This document shows positions 45,866 to 60,122 of a stretch of 64,000 nucleotides of DNA, in pieces. Below the pieces are notes generated by a model. That model searched no databases. It saw nothing but the letters and a program-made list of their open reading frames with translations, and had not been told where the DNA came from. Position 1 is the first letter of the stretch. Each line of letters starts with the position of its first letter. The position numbers and the translations under genes were made by a program. This stretch comes from Octopus vulgaris. Lineage: Eukaryota. Location: assembly GCA_951406725.2 (NCBI GenBank), contig OX597827.1:31000001-31064000 (forward strand), written 5' to 3'.

Positions 45866-46649
45866 GCAAAATGTGTCTGCAAGATAGATTCCCAGGTTGC
45901 TCACACCTTTCCAGAAGCAAGAACGCGTCGAATGCTCGAAGATGAATTTGGAGATGTGCCAAGAAGATGAGTCAAAATTTTTCGAAAGACTGATTACACA
46001 GGATGAAACCTGGGTCCATCACTATGATCCAGAGACCAAAGCCCAGTCAATGCAGTGGAAGCACCATGACTCACCTCCTCCAAAGAAGGTAAGGGTGCAG
46101 CCCTCCGCTGGCAAGGTCATGCTCACAGTCTTCTGGGACCAGGACGGAGTAGTGATGACAGATTTCCTGGCAAAGGGTACCACAATTACAGGAGCCTATT
46201 ATGCTTCACTTTTGAGGAATTTAAAAGAAGCTATCAAAATCAAGAGGCGGGGCAAGATCAGCAAAGGCCTCCTCCTCCTGCAGGACAACGCTCCAGTCCA
46301 CAACTCGCTTGTCGCCAGATCAGAAGCACAGGCGAACTCCACCCCCATCCCCCCTACTCTCTTGACCTTGCACCCTCTGATGTTCACCTCTTCCCAGCCA
46401 TGAAGTTGTTTTTGAAAGGAAAGCGTTTCCCAGATGATGCAGCCTTGATTTCTGAAGTCACGTCGTGGTTGGAGGACCAAGCTGGGGTCTTCTACAAAAA
46501 TGGTTTCCAGAGCTGCATCAAACGATGGGACAAATGTGTAACTCTGGATAGTTCCTATGTAGAAAAAGACTAATAACTGTGCCAGGTTTCCTTGCTCTAC
46601 TGCTATGGAAAGTGGGTCAGGGGCATTACTTATTGAATGCCCCTCGTAT
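45866..46649 (+). mobile_element. mariner transposase relic (3' two-thirds, right TIR)
   Basis: ITQDETWVHHYDPE, KVMLTVFWD, LLQDNAPVH; ends ttattgaatgcccctcg-ta. Confidence 0.9.
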
Positions 46650-47749
46650 ATATAACACCATAATGGAAGAGGGAGACCAGGAAGACATGGGAAGAAGTAC
46701 TGACGACCGATCTCAAAATGCTGAACCTTACGAAGGAGATGATGGGGGAGAAAGATATTAGGTGCACTGCGGTACTCAGGAAGGCCTGCCCACCACAACA
46801 GAATTGATATCATAAAGCCAAGGCACCATATAAAAAACTTTGGTGTTGATGCTTGTGCCACATAAAAGTCACTGGTGTTGGTGTCACATGAAAATCACTG
46901 GTTCCATGTAAAAAACACTGGTGCAGGTGCCACAGAAAAGGCACCCAGTACACTCTGTAAAATGTTTGGCATTAGGAAGGGCATTGTGCTGTAGAGACAA
47001 AACCAAAAAAGTTCTTGAACATAAAAGAAAACAAGCAGCTCTTTAGCATAAATAAAATTTCATGTAACTTTTCTTATCACACATTTCCTGATGAATAAGT
47101 AACACTGTGAAAACTATTTCAAAGACTAAAATGGGTGTCTGCTACAGAACTAGAAAATTAGTCATAATCAGTTGATGGCTCTCTACAAAACTCGAGTATG
47201 ACTCATATTTGAGTCTTACTCAGCTGTATGTGATGATAGTGCTTCTGCTATGCACACAAACATTGCAGATTGCATCCAAAGGAAGATCAGTCCACTAACT
47301 GGAAAACCTTTGCTCACTCATATATCACTCTTAGCCACACTGTTTCTATAATCACTGTTTTGCAGCCTCTGCTCTAGCTTGCTGCATATCTCCTCCATCC
47401 ATGCCTATCATGCCTTACCTATTTTTCATCTTCTTACCACCCTTTAAAATGAATATCTCAACCCTCAGCATTAAATTCTTTTACCCAATTATCCCAGTGC
47501 AGCCCCAAAATGACTTTTGGAAACATTTTTCATGCTTAGTGTTGTCAAGGCATGGAATAAACAATCTATTTCAATTCTAAGCTGTCAGGAGACTTGCAGC
47601 CTTAAAAAATTCCATGCTTCCCAAAATTCACCAATACTCCTGATGCACCAATTCCTTGTTTTTATGGCTTTTTTACAATTCACTTTTTATGATGTCTTGT
47701 TGTGCTTTATGTTTTGTACTGTTGGCTTTCATCATTCTCATGAGTTGTA

Positions 47750-48085
47750 GTCGATGATGATGAGGGTTCCAACTGATCTGATCAATGGAACAGCCTGCTC
47801 ATGAAATTAACATGCAAATGGCTGAGCACTCCACAGACATATGTACCCCTAATGTAGTTCTCGGGGAAATTTAGCATGAAATACAGGTACAGCAATAATA
47901 GGAACAAAGAGAGAAAGTTGTGGTGAAAGAGCACAGCAGGGTTCGCCACCATCCCCTGCTGGAGCCTTGTGGAGCTTTAGGTGTTTTCGCTCAATAAACA
48001 CTCACAATGTCTGGCCTGGAAATTGAAACTGCAATCCTATGACCATGAATCTGCTGCCCTAACCACTGGGCCATTGCACCTCTAC
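47750..48085 (-). mobile_element. tRNA-derived SINE
   Basis: Minus-strand head gaggtgcaatggcccagtggttagggcagcag; same family as 16708. Confidence 0.7.
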
Positions 48086-48139
48086 AGTTGTAGTACATTT
48101 GTGCATCATATACAATAAGCTCATTATCATTATTCTCCT

Positions 48140-48580
48140 TGAGGTGGCTGGCAGAATCATTAGCATGCTGGATGAAATGCTCAGCAGTATTTTGCCCGTC
48201 GCTATGCTCTGAGTTCAAATCCCATTGAGGTCAACTTTGCTTTTCATCCTTTTGGACTCAACAAAATAAGTACCAGTCAAGTACTGGGGTAGATGTAACA
48301 GGCTAACCCCTCTTCTGAAATTGCTGGCCTTGTGCCAAAACTTGAAACCATTACTATCATTATTATCATCTAAGGCAGCAAGCCGGCAGAATCGTTAGCA
48401 TGTCAGGTGAAATGCTTAGCAGTATTTCGTCTACAGCTACATTCTGAGTTCAAGTTCCACCAAAGTTGACTTTGCCTTTCATCCTTGATAAATTAAGTAC
48501 CAGTGATACAATGGGGTCGATATAATCGACTCATTTCATCCTGCAAAATTGCTGACCTTGTGGAAAAATTTGAAACCATT
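48140..48580 (+). mobile_element. Two tandem SINE copies (ggcggcgagctggcagaa family)
   Basis: Heads at ~48141 and ~48372. Confidence 0.75.
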
Positions 48581-48714
48581 ATTATTATTGTTATTATTAT
48601 TACTATTATTATTGTTAAGCATTGGGGTTGATATAATTAACTAGCCCTTCCCCTCAAAAAGTTTCAGGCCTAATATCTTTATTAAAAAGGATTCTTATCT
48701 TTATAAAAGCACGT

Positions 48715-48962
48715 AAAGAGCACCATCTGATCATGGTCGTTGCCAGCCCCCTCTGGCACCTGTGCCGGTGGCACGTAAAAAAGCACCCACTACACTCTTG
48801 GAGTGGTTGGCATTAGGAAGGGCATCCAGCTGTAGAAACACTGTCAGATCAGACTGGAGCCTGGTGCAGCCTCCTGGCTTCCCAGACCCCAGTCGAACTG
48901 TCCAATCCATGCCAGCATGGAAAATGGACATTAAACAATGATGATGATTATGATGATGATGA
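48715..48962 (+). mobile_element. RTE 3' end with (GAT)n tail
   Basis: aggaagggcatccagctgtagaaac..catggaaaatggacattaaac-atgatg. Confidence 0.8.
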
Positions 48963-50055
48963 ATTATTATCTTTCTGCTTTTGAACAATTCCCCTAAAAT
49001 TCTTTCCCAAAAGATATTCTTCTGGTAGCCATCAACCTATAAAACATTAACTTCTTCAATATAGAAGGACATTATGCAAAGGTTTGGCTTCTTCTCCGAA
49101 AACCTTAAAAAGCAAAGCAAAAAAAAAGAAGAAAATTGCTAATTGTAAGGTAGCAAGAATTTAGAGGAAACCTATATCAAAAGTTGAATTACCAACATCT
49201 GCGCCGAGTGAGGAATTTGGGTAGGCATTATTTTGTTAAGTAGTAAATTTACACCAGAATCCTATTTCATAACTTTCCTTATTCTTTCTTTATTTTTCTT
49301 TACACAGTCAGAGCATAAAGAGTTTGGTCTTGTGAAATGTAAAGAAACAAGAACTTCTTAGAAGAGTTAGAATCTGTGAAAAAAGAAAAAAAAATGGTGG
49401 GTGGGGGAGGAAGAAGACAGTGTAAAGTTGTTTATTCCAATTTCTTAGAGGAAGAGGAGGAGGAGGACTACACTACTCCAAAGATATATGCAAAGTTATG
49501 CAAGCCGTTCATTGGCTTTTACCCAATACTAACTAAACATCCTCTCTTTGAAGCAATCTGTTGCTGCTGCTTCTAGTCTGTTCTTCATTAAAATAACAAG
49601 ATTTTCCAACGTTTGGTATTTTCTTTCTACACTTATACAAACATTTTCTAATTATATATTTTTTAAATACATATTTTCTTCTAATTTCTATTTTTTTAAA
49701 ATCATTTTCCAAATTATTTATTTTATTTTTTTAAAAATTGCTATTTTTGTTACAGAATCTATTTTGTCATTATCACACAAAAAAAAAACTAACAAAAACC
49801 AACAAAAAACCCACTACAAGACAAATTGTTTAAAAAGTAGTTGTTTTATTAGAAAGGGTCATAGATTGAAAACCAAGCCACAGCAGAACCAATAAAATCC
49901 AGACAAAAGTAACAAAAACCAAAATAAACATTAAAACAAAATAATAATGTAGTATATAAGAGTTTTTTTCTTAATATAATATACTTGTAGGTGCAGGAGT
50001 GGCTGTGTGGTAAGCAGCTTGTTTACCAACCATATGAGCCCAGGTTCAGTCCCAT

Positions 50056-50096
<41 letters not shown>

Positions 50097-50169
50097 GGTG
50101 CAAGAGTAGCTGTGTGGTAAGTAGCTTGCTTACCAACCATATGAGCCCAGGTTCAGTCCCACATATATA

Positions 50170-53155
50170 TATCATCATCGTTTAACGTCCGCTTTCCATG
50201 CTAGCATGGGTGGGACGATTTTGACTGAGGGCTGGCAAACCAGATGGCTGCACCAGGCTCCAATCTCGATTTGGCAGAGTTTCTACAGCTGAATGCCCTT
50301 CCTAACGCCAACCACTCTGAGAGTGTAGTGGGTGCTTTTTACGTGCCACCAGCACAGGGGCCAGTCAGGCGGTACTGGCAACGACCTCGCTCGAATCCTT
50401 TTACACATGCCACTAGCACAGGTTCCAGTAAGGTGATTTTGGTAACGATCACGCTCAAATGGTGCCCTTTTACGTGCCACTGGCACGGAAGCTAGTAGGC
50501 TGCTCTGGCAATGATCACGCTTGGATGGTGCTCTTGGCACCCTACTAGCACGGGCACAAGTGCCAGTAAGGCGATGCTGGTAATGATCACGCTCGAATGG
50601 TGCCCTTTAAGTGCCACTGGCATGGAAGCCGGTTAGCCGCTCTGTCAACGATCTCACTCGTATGGTGCTCTTTGCACCCTGCTAGCATGGACGCCAGTCA
50701 TCAAATTTGATTTTGATTGATTTCACTTGCCTCAACAGGTCTTCGCAAGCAGAGTTTTAGTGTCCAAAGAAGGAAAAGGTATGCATAAGTGGGCTTGTTA
50801 CGCCCCTGGCATAGGCCACAAGGTTATGGTCTCATTTGGCTTGCTGAGTCTTCTCAAGCACAGCATATTTCCAAAGGTCTCGGTCTCTAGTCATTTCTTT
50901 GGTGAGGCCTAAAGTTCGAAGGTCGTGCTTCACCACTTCATCCCAAGTCTTCCTGGGTCTGCCTCTTCCACAGGTTCCCTCAACCACTTTTTCACACAGC
51001 TGTCCTCATCCATTCTTACCACATGACCATATCAGCGCAGTCGTCTCTCTTGCACACCACATCTGATGCTTCTAAGGTCCAGCTTTTCTCTCAAGGTACT
51101 TACACTCTGTCGAGTATGAACACTGACATTACACATCCATCAGATCATACTGCCTTCATTTCTTGTGAGCTTACGCATGTCCTCAGCAGTCACAGTCCAT
51201 GTTTCACTGCCATGTAGCATGGCTGTTCGTACACAAGCATCATACAGTCTACCTTTTACTCTGAGCGAGAGGCCCTTTGTCACCAGCAGAGGTAAGAGCT
51301 CTCTGAACTTTGCCCAAGCTATTCTTATTCTAGCAGCTACACTTTTAGCGCACCCACCTCCGCTACTGACTTGGTCCCCTAGGTAACAGAAGCTATCAAA
51401 TATTTCTAGCTTTTCTCCCTGGAATGTGGCGGAAGTTGGTCTCTGCGCATTTTCAGTGTTTATAGCTCCTGAGCATCTGCCACATACAAAAACTATCTTC
51501 CCAGTTAGCCTCCCTTTGATATTACTGCACCTCTTATGTGGCCATAGCTTACACTGGGTACATCTTATAGAGTTTCTACCTACGCCTCTACTACAGATTG
51601 AGCAAGGCCATCTACCTGAAGGGATTTGTGGTTTGCCTGCCTTCCTACATATTAGGACTTTGGTTTTAGCTAGGTTGATTCTAAGGCCCTTGGGTTCCAA
51701 TCCTTGTTTCTACACTTGAAACTTCGCCTCTAGTTCTGATAGTGACTCAGCAATTAGAGCAAGGTCATCAGCATAGAGGAGCTCCCAGGGGCATCCTGTC
51801 TTGAATTCCTCCGTTATTGCCTGGAGGACTATGATAAATAGGAGGGGGCTGAGGACTGAACCTTGGTGGACCCCTACGTCTACCTTGAATTCTTTAGTGT
51901 ACTCGTTGCCAACCCTCACCTTACTTACAGCATCTTTGTACATGGCCTGCACAGCTCTCACTAACCATTCATCTAGCCCTAGTTTCCTCATCGACCACTA
52001 GACAAGGGATTGGGGGACCCTGTCAAAGGCTTTCTCCATGTCAATGAAAGCCAGGTACAGGGGCTTATCTTTGGCTAGGTATTTCTCCTGCAGCTGTCTT
52101 ACCTGAAATATGGCATCAGTGGTGCCTTTCCTTGGCACGAAACCAAACTGCATCTCATCCAAGCTGACTCTCTCCCTAATCAGTTGGGCTATGACTCTCT
52201 CTGTAACCTTCATTACCTGATCCAACAGCTTGATACCTCTGTAATTATTTGTATCTAAAGCGTCACCTTTACCTTTGTAGCAGTTGACAATTATGCTGCT
52301 ACACCAGTCATTGGGTATGACTCCTTCATGCATCACCTGGTCAACTATATGGGTGACTGGGCTATAGCCGACACTGCCAGATATTTTAAGCATCTCTGCA
52401 GTGATTCCTGATGGGCCTGGGGCTTTCCCTGTCTTCATGCTTCTAATTGCCTTAACTACCAAGGAACTGTCAACTCGGATAGCTGGTCCCTCTGTTGGGT
52501 CGACATTTGGCAGACTCTCTTTATCCCATTCATTTTCCTTATTCAGCAACCTTTCATAGTGGCATCTCCAAACCTCTCTCTTTGCATCCTCATTTAGCGC
52601 AAGTGAACCGTCATCCTTGCGAACACATTTCTCTCCTACCACGTCACGATTCTCTCTCACACACTGTCTTGCAACACGAAATACCTCAAGTCTTTCATCC
52701 TCATGGTGCAGAACATTGGCAAATTTTTTCTTATCTGCTTCCTCTCTGGCTAAATAAACCTGCCTCCTAGCTTCCCTTCTGGCAGTATGATACACTTCCC
52801 TGCTACCACCGTTCTTCCAGTCCTTCCAAGCCTGTTTCTTTCGTCTAATAGCTCTGTCAACAACATTGTTCCACCACCACGTTATTTTGGGTCGGGAGGG
52901 GACTTTGAACCATCCATAGATCTAGCAGGTTTTCCTTTAGGAACCTCCAGTTGTCTTCTATACCATGTGAAGCTATATCCCCTTCTATTTTGTCAAAGGC
53001 TTCGAGTAATATGTCTCCAAATCTCTGTCCATTTGCAGGATCCTTAAGTCTCCAGACCCTTCTTCTCCTAGCTGGTCGTCTTCTGAGCATCCATTTAGCC
53101 CTTATCCTGAAGTCACTAGCTACTACTCTATGTTGTGGGGTACATTCTTCGCCAG
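50170..53155 (-). mobile_element. RTE LINE, ~3 kb, degenerate
   Basis: GEECTPQHR (APE end), KAPGPSGI, NYRGIKLL, QFGF, KAFD, YADD; (GAT)n tail at ~50170. Confidence 0.93.
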
Positions 53156-53197
53156 ACATACAGGTACAAGAATGGCTGTATGGTAAGTAGCATGCTT

Positions 53198-55199
53198 CTC
53201 TAAGGAGTAGCGTATAAGGTGGAGATTGTCCACAACAATCTCCACCTTATACGCTACTCCTTAGAGAGGGTGGGGAAGCTTTCTGGCGCAGGGGGGGGGC
53301 ACTGGTACATTTAGCCCAGTCTAAGGCATTCGATAGGGTTGACCATTGGTACTTGGTGGTGGTCCCCGAGAAGGCTGGCCTGGGCCCGACCTTCCGCGGT
53401 TGGATTGCTGCATTGTAAAGCGACATCAAGTCCATCGTAAAAGTGAATAGTTTCCTTTCAAAGCCATTCAGGATTGAGCGCTCAGTGCGTCAGGGGTGCC
53501 CTCTGTCCCCGCTTTTGTATGTACTGGTTCTCGAGTCATTATTGCGGAAGTTGGAGGCACTAGGGGGTGCACCACATGATCTATGGTGTGGAAGAGGAGC
53601 TACAGCGTATGCGGATGATATCTCCATCATCGTGGTGGATGAGAGCCAGCTTCCAGTGGTGGAAAAGGCTATCAAAAGTTACGAGGCAGTGGCAGGAGCA
53701 AAGGTTAACAAGGACAAGTCAACTGGTTTGCAGCTCGGCAAGCCGATGCCGTCTAATAACGTGGGGCATTGGACGGAAGGTCCTGTTAAGCTGCTCGGAG
53801 TCTGGTTCGGGCCAGACCTCCAGATAGAGAAAAACTGGAGTGAGGTGGCCAGCAAGGTGACTGCTCTAACCCAGACCTGGTCTGGGCGGGCATTATCCTT
53901 GCTAGGAAAGGCAGAGGTGGTGCAGATGTTTATAGCATCGGTTATCACTTACTGTCTGACCGTGGTGCCTTGCCCTGATTTATGGCTGAACAAGTTGGAG
54001 AGAATCCTTTTCCACTTTTTGTGGAAGGGAGGAAAGCCACTTGTGAAGCACTCTGTTTGCTGCCAGGAACCACTAAAGGGTGGGCTAGGGATGCCTTGGC
54101 TGAGGATGCGAAAATTCGCGTTAAGGTTGAGATACCTCTGGCTTTACCTGGATGGCGAGCAGGTGTGGTCACCGCACGTTCGGTTCTACCTTCTGCAATT
54201 AACGTCCTTAACGGACATTGGCAATTGGATCAAGCAGAGACCTAGGCTGGTGGACTGGCAATTGGAGTGCCGCCAGGCACTTCAGCTACTCCCTCGGGCG
54301 GGCAATGCCGGCAACAAGAGTTCCACCACGGATTTCTATTGTGGGTTAGTGGAGGTTAAGTCTAAAGACGCCTTGGGGGAGACCCTGGACTATGATGAAA
54401 ATCATTTAATCAACCTGTTCCGGAGAACTTTCAGGCCAGGGTATCTGGACAATTACCAGAAATCTCTGGCTTGGCAGTGCTTCCGTGCGGCATTACCTGT
54501 TCGTGATAAACTGTCAAGGCACGGAAGTGCCGTCTCGCCGACATGTCCGAGGTGAGGACAGGACAGGGAAACCGTCTTGTACGCATTTGTGGAGTGTCCG
54601 GAATTAATGGGACTGATAGTTTTCGCAGAGCAACTGTTGTCATCGATGGGAAGAGTACAGCTATCAGCCGAATCTATCATCGAGATTGTGCCACCTCCTT
54701 CCCTTAACAGGGAAAGGAAGGCTTGCTTTTTCTGCATAGTAGCCATACTGAAAGAAACAGTATGGAAGACGCATCTGAGAGGCATAGTGTCGGGTACCAT
54801 TATATCCGACTAGGGGCTGGTTAACTTTTTTAGTTACCACCTCAGTAATAAGATCAGGCTGGAGAAAAGGTACCTGTCACGAGACAGATTCATGAGAAGA
54901 TGGAAGCCTGTGGCGAGGAAGCTGGAAATGTTTGGCACCAGGTAAGTGGAAGCCAAAAACAGGAAAGAAAAAGCAAGGGGTCTACCCTGATGGTCGGATG
55001 CCTATCCTTCAGAGAAGCCATTACAAATTTCATTTGTAATGAGCAACACTTAAGTCAAAAGCTATAAACATATTTATTAAATTATTGTAAATTTTAAATT
55101 GTAAATATTTAATCTCTACAGCTACTTCACCCTTTTATGTTTGTCTGTTCTTGTTCGTCCCCTCTTTGTAATGCCTTCATGGCAAATATTTATGAAATA
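53198..55199 (+). mobile_element. Tx1/L1-group LINE, 5'-truncated with fold-back 5' end, inserted in a SINE head
   Basis: SKAFDRVDH, SVRQGCPLSPLLY, AYADD, KGGLG, CPR* zinc knuckle. TSD aagtagcatgctt (53185-53197) / aagtagcttgctt (55200-55212). Confidence 0.88.
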
Positions 55200-55299
55200 A
55201 AGTAGCTTGCTTACAAACCACATGATCTGAGGTTTAGTCCCATATATATCTATATATATATATATATATACACACACATACATATATACACACACACAG

Positions 55300-55660
55300 A
55301 GGTACAAGAGTGGTTGTGTGGTAAGTAGCTTGCTTACCAAACACATGGTCCCTGGTTCACCTTGGGCAAGTGTCTTCTACTATAGCTTTGTGAGTGGATT
55401 TGGTAGATGGAAACTGAGAGAAGCCTGACGTGTATATATATATGTATATGTTTGTGTGTCTGTGTTTGTCCCCCCATCATTGCTTAACAGCCAATGTTGG
55501 TGTGTTTATGTCCTCATAACTTAGTGTTTCGGCAAAAGAGACCACTACAATAAGTACAAGGCTTACAAAGAATAAGTCTTGGGGTTGATTTGTTTGACTA
55601 AAGGCAGGGCTCCAACATGGCTACAGTCAAATGACTGAAACAAGTAAAAGAATAAAAGAA
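55300..55660 (+). mobile_element. tRNA-derived SINE, near full length
   Basis: Same family as 32616. Confidence 0.83.
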
Positions 55661-56065
55661 AATGATTATTTATTTTAAGAGAGAAAGACAAACGATAATA
55701 CAAATTGGTGCATACACTGAAAGTAAATGTTATGAACACAAATGCACATACATTCACATATATATGTGTGTGTATATATGTATGTCTATGGACATATGTA
55801 TTTGAATGTATACACATGTATATGCAGATATGTGCGTGCGTGTGCGTTTGTGTGTATATTTGTCTAGCCACAACATGATAGTTATAAACAAATCTCATCG
55901 TTATTACAAGTGAGATTGTTTAGATCAAGTTTTCTTTGAAAATCACGTCTAGTTATAGGAAAATATTACTTTGCTTGAAGAAAAGTAAGTTTTGGAGACT
56001 GACAGGGCATCAACAAATTCTATCTGACCTATGCAAGCATAGAAAAAGTGGGTGTTAAATCATTA

Positions 56066-58268
56066 TTTAACATCTGCAATCCATGCTGGCATGGGTTGGA
56101 CAGTTTGACCGGGGCTGGCAAGCTGGAAGACTGTACTAGACTCCCATCTGATTTGCCATGGTTTCTTCAGCTGGATGTCCTTCCTAATGCCAACCACTCC
56201 AAGAGTGTAAAAGGTGCTTTTATGTGTCAGTGGCACGGGTGCCATTTGCATGACACTGGTATCTGTCATGACTGCAGTTTTGCACGGCTTGGTAGGTCTT
56301 CTTCTCAAGCACGACATAATGCCAAAGGTCTCGGTCATGGTCATTGTCTCCATGAAGCCCAACACTTGAAAGGAACTCAGCCACTTTGCCTCTGTGAGAC
56401 CCAATGCTTGAGAGGTACTTTTTATATGCGACCAGCATGGGTGCCAGTTATGTGACACCAGCATCAGCCACAAGTACAATTTCACTTGGCTTGATGGCTC
56501 TTTTCAAGCATAGCATATTACTAAAGGTCTTGGTCACTAGTCATTGCTTCCATGAGGTCTAAGTTTGAAGATCATGCTTCACCACCTCATCCCATGTCTT
56601 CCTGGGTTTACCTCTACCACAGGTTCTTTCGATATTTAGAGATTAGCACTTTTTTACACAGCTGTCCTCACCTATATACATCACATAACCATACCAGCAC
56701 AGTCGTCTCTCTTGCACACCATATCTGATGCCTCTTATGCCTAACTTTTCTCTCAAGATGCTTACACTCTGTCGAACATGTACATTGACATTGCACATCC
56801 ATCAAAACATACTGGCTTAGTTGTTCGCATACAGGCATCATACAATCTGCCTTTCACTCTGAGGGAAAGATCCTTTGTTGCCAGCAGAGGTAGGAGCTCT
56901 CTGAACTTTGCCCAGCCTAATCTTATTCTCACAGCTATGCTCTCAGAGCATCCATCTCCACTACTAACTTGGTCACCTAGATAACAAAAGCTATCTACTA
57001 CTTCTAGCTTACACACCTGGCAGTTGATGGAGTCTATTTTCTGTACATTTTTGGTGTTTATTGTACCTGTGCATCTTCCACAAACAAAAGTTATTTTCCC
57101 TATTAACCTTCCTCTGATATTGCTGCACTTTTTGTGTGTCCAAAGCTTACACTGGGTGCATCTTATGGAGTTTCTACCTGTGCCTTTTCTGTAGATCAAG
57201 CAGAACTGTCTACCTGAAAGGATTTGTAGTTTGTTTGCCTTCCTACTTACTAAGACTTAAGCTTTTGCCAGGTTAACTCTAAGGCCCTTTGATTCTAGAC
57301 CTTGCTTCCATACCTGGAACTTCTCTAATTCTGACAGCCTGTCTTAAATTCCTCTGGAGGACTATGATGAACAAGACCAATTCTTGGCAAACCCCTATTT
57401 GTACCCTGAATTCTTCACTGTACTCGTTGCTAACCCTCACCTTATTGGTAGTGTCCCTGTACAAGGCTTGTACAGCTCTCACCAACCACTCATTTATCCC
57501 TAGTTTCTGCATTGACCACCAGATAAGCGATCTGGGAACCCTGTCAAAAGCTTTCTCCAAGTCAACAAAAGCCAAGTACAGAGGTTGGTTTATTTTTGGC
57601 AAGATATTTCTCCTGCAGTTGCCTTACCAGAAATATAGCATCAGTGGTGCTGCTCCCAGGCACAAACCCAAACTACATCTCATCTAGATTAACTCTCTCC
57701 ATAATTAGTTGGATTATGATTATCTCCGTAACTTTCATCCCCTGAGCCAACAATTTGATACCTCTGCAATTATTTCTAAGGTATCACCTTTACCTTTGTA
57801 GCAGGTGACTATGGTGCAGCTACACCAGTCATTGGGTATAACTCCTTTGTGAACCACCTGATTCACAATACGGGTGACTAGATCATAACCCACACTGCCA
57901 GATATTTTAAACATCTCAGTGGTGATTCATGAAGGGCCGGGGGCTTTCCTCCTCTTCATATCCTTAATTGCTTTATCTACCAAGGTATTGTCAATTCAGA
58001 TAGCTGGTCCCTTAATTGGATCAACATTTGGCAGGCTCTCCTCTTCCCAGTCATTCTCCATGTTCAGCAGTCTTTCATAATGGCATGACACTGGGGTGCA
58101 TTTATGTGCCACTGGCATGCGTGCCAATTTGCATGACACCAGTATCTACCATGACTGTGATTTTGCTTGGCTTGATGGGTCTTCATCTTAAGCATGACGT
58201 AATGCCAAAAGGTCTCAGTCATTGCCTCTCTGAGGCCCAATACTCAAAAGGAACCCTGCCACTTTGCC
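56066..58268 (-). mobile_element. Older RTE LINE copy with a re-copied 3' UTR segment at its 5' end
   Basis: FVDLEKAFD and RCTQCKLWTH; 58080-58268 resembles 56215-56390. Confidence 0.85.
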
Positions 58269-58401
<133 letters not shown>

Positions 58402-58848
58402 ATATATATATATATATACATACACACACATATTAATATATATAAATATATATTACCACTGGATGTCTAGCATGCTGGTCAACCTCTTTTCTCTTCTTAA
58501 TTCTGTTCTTTATATCCATTTGAGGATTTCACCCAGGTGTTAATCCATCATTTTTGTGTTTGTCCCCCAAGGCTATATTTATTTATTGTCTTTATCGTTT
58601 CAAATGTCCAACCTCTATTATTTTGTTTACTCAAGCCCTAATTCTCCACAAATCTTGCAGGCACTGCTGATATATGAAGTTCCTAGTCTTATCATTAAAG
58701 GCATGAAACTAGGTGTTAGCATTTTTAGGTCGATAACTGATGACGTATTAGAGTTCTAGCTAGTGTCAGTCCTATGTGTACGTTTTGTAGTATTTAATGC
58801 ATTGTAGTATTTAATGCCACACATCCTGACTTTTGTTAACAGTATGTT

Positions 58849-58877
<29 letters not shown>

Positions 58878-58879
<2 letters not shown>

Positions 58880-59074
58880 CATCATCATTTAGCGTCCGCT
58901 TTCCATGCTAGCATGGATTGGATGATTTGACTGAGGACTGGCGAACCAGATGGCTGCACCAGGCTCCAATCTGATCTGGCAGAGTTTCTACAGCTGGATG
59001 ACCTTCATTACGCCAACCACTCCGAAAGTGTAGTGGGTACTTTACATGCCACTGGCACAAGGGCCAGTCTGGCG

Positions 59075-59078
<4 letters not shown>
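58878..59078 (-). mobile_element. RTE 3' end
   Basis: Matches 50170-50375. Confidence 0.8.
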
Positions 59079-59123
<45 letters not shown>

Positions 59124-59128
59124 GTATA

Positions 59129-60040
59129 TCAAATCAAAACAAATCAAAATAGATGAACATCAATGGAATTTGTATCATTGTGGCACACAAGAAAACCATC
59201 CGAACGTGGCCGTAGCCAGTACCGCATCGACTGGCCTCCGTGCTGTGGGCACGTAACAAACACCATCCGATCGTGGCCGTTCGCCAGCCTCATCTGGCAC
59301 CTGTGTTGGTGGCACATAAAAACACCATCCGAAGACCCGGCAAGAATAGTCAGGCCATAACCCGTGGCCCCTACCTGGGACGTAGTCAGTCCACCTGTGC
59401 ATACCTTCCTTCTTGTGACACTTGTGAAGACCTGTTGAGGCAAGTGAAAATCAAAATCAAATCAGATCAAATCAAAACAAATCAAAATAGATGAACATCT
59501 TGTGAAGACCTGTTGAGGCAAGTGAAAATGAAAATCAAATCAAATCAAATCAAATCAAAATAGATGAACATCAATGGAATTTGTATCTTTGTGGTACCAG
59601 TGCCGGTGGCATACAAGAAAACCATCCGAACGTGGCCGTAGCCAGTACCGCATCGACTGGCCTCCGTGCTGTGGGCACGTAACAAACACCATCTGATCGT
59701 GGCCGTTCGCCAGCCTCATCTGGCACCTGTGTCAGTGGCACATTAAAACACCATCCGAGCGTGGCCGTCTGCCAGCCTCGTCTGGCACTGTGTCGATGGC
59801 ACATAAAAAAAAACACCATCCGAGCGTGGCCGTTCGCCAGCCTCGTCTGGCACATGTGTCGGTGGCACATAAAATCACCCACTACACTCTTGGAGTGGTT
59901 GGCGTTAGGAAGGGCATCCAGCTGTAGAAACACTGCCAGATCTGACTGGCCTGGTGCAGCCTTCGGGCTCCTCAGACCCCAGTTGAACCGTCCAACCCAT
60001 GCTAGCATGGAAAGCGGACGTTAAATGATGATGATGATGA

Positions 60041-60042
<2 letters not shown>
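59129..60042 (+). mobile_element. RTE 3' UTR, rearranged/duplicated, (GAT)n tail
   Basis: 59129-59330 repeats 59545-59760; internal (AAATC)n and ~60-bp subrepeats. Confidence 0.85.

Positions 60043-60122
<80 letters not shown>

Noticed and set aside
49300-49580. Purine-rich ORF 49376..49576 as a host exon
   Set aside because: No recognisable homology or convincing splice-site pair.
58665-58720. Hammerhead candidate tgctgata..tgaag..GAAA ctag..tgttagca
   Set aside because: Core register and cleavage triplet do not fit without several assumed mutations.
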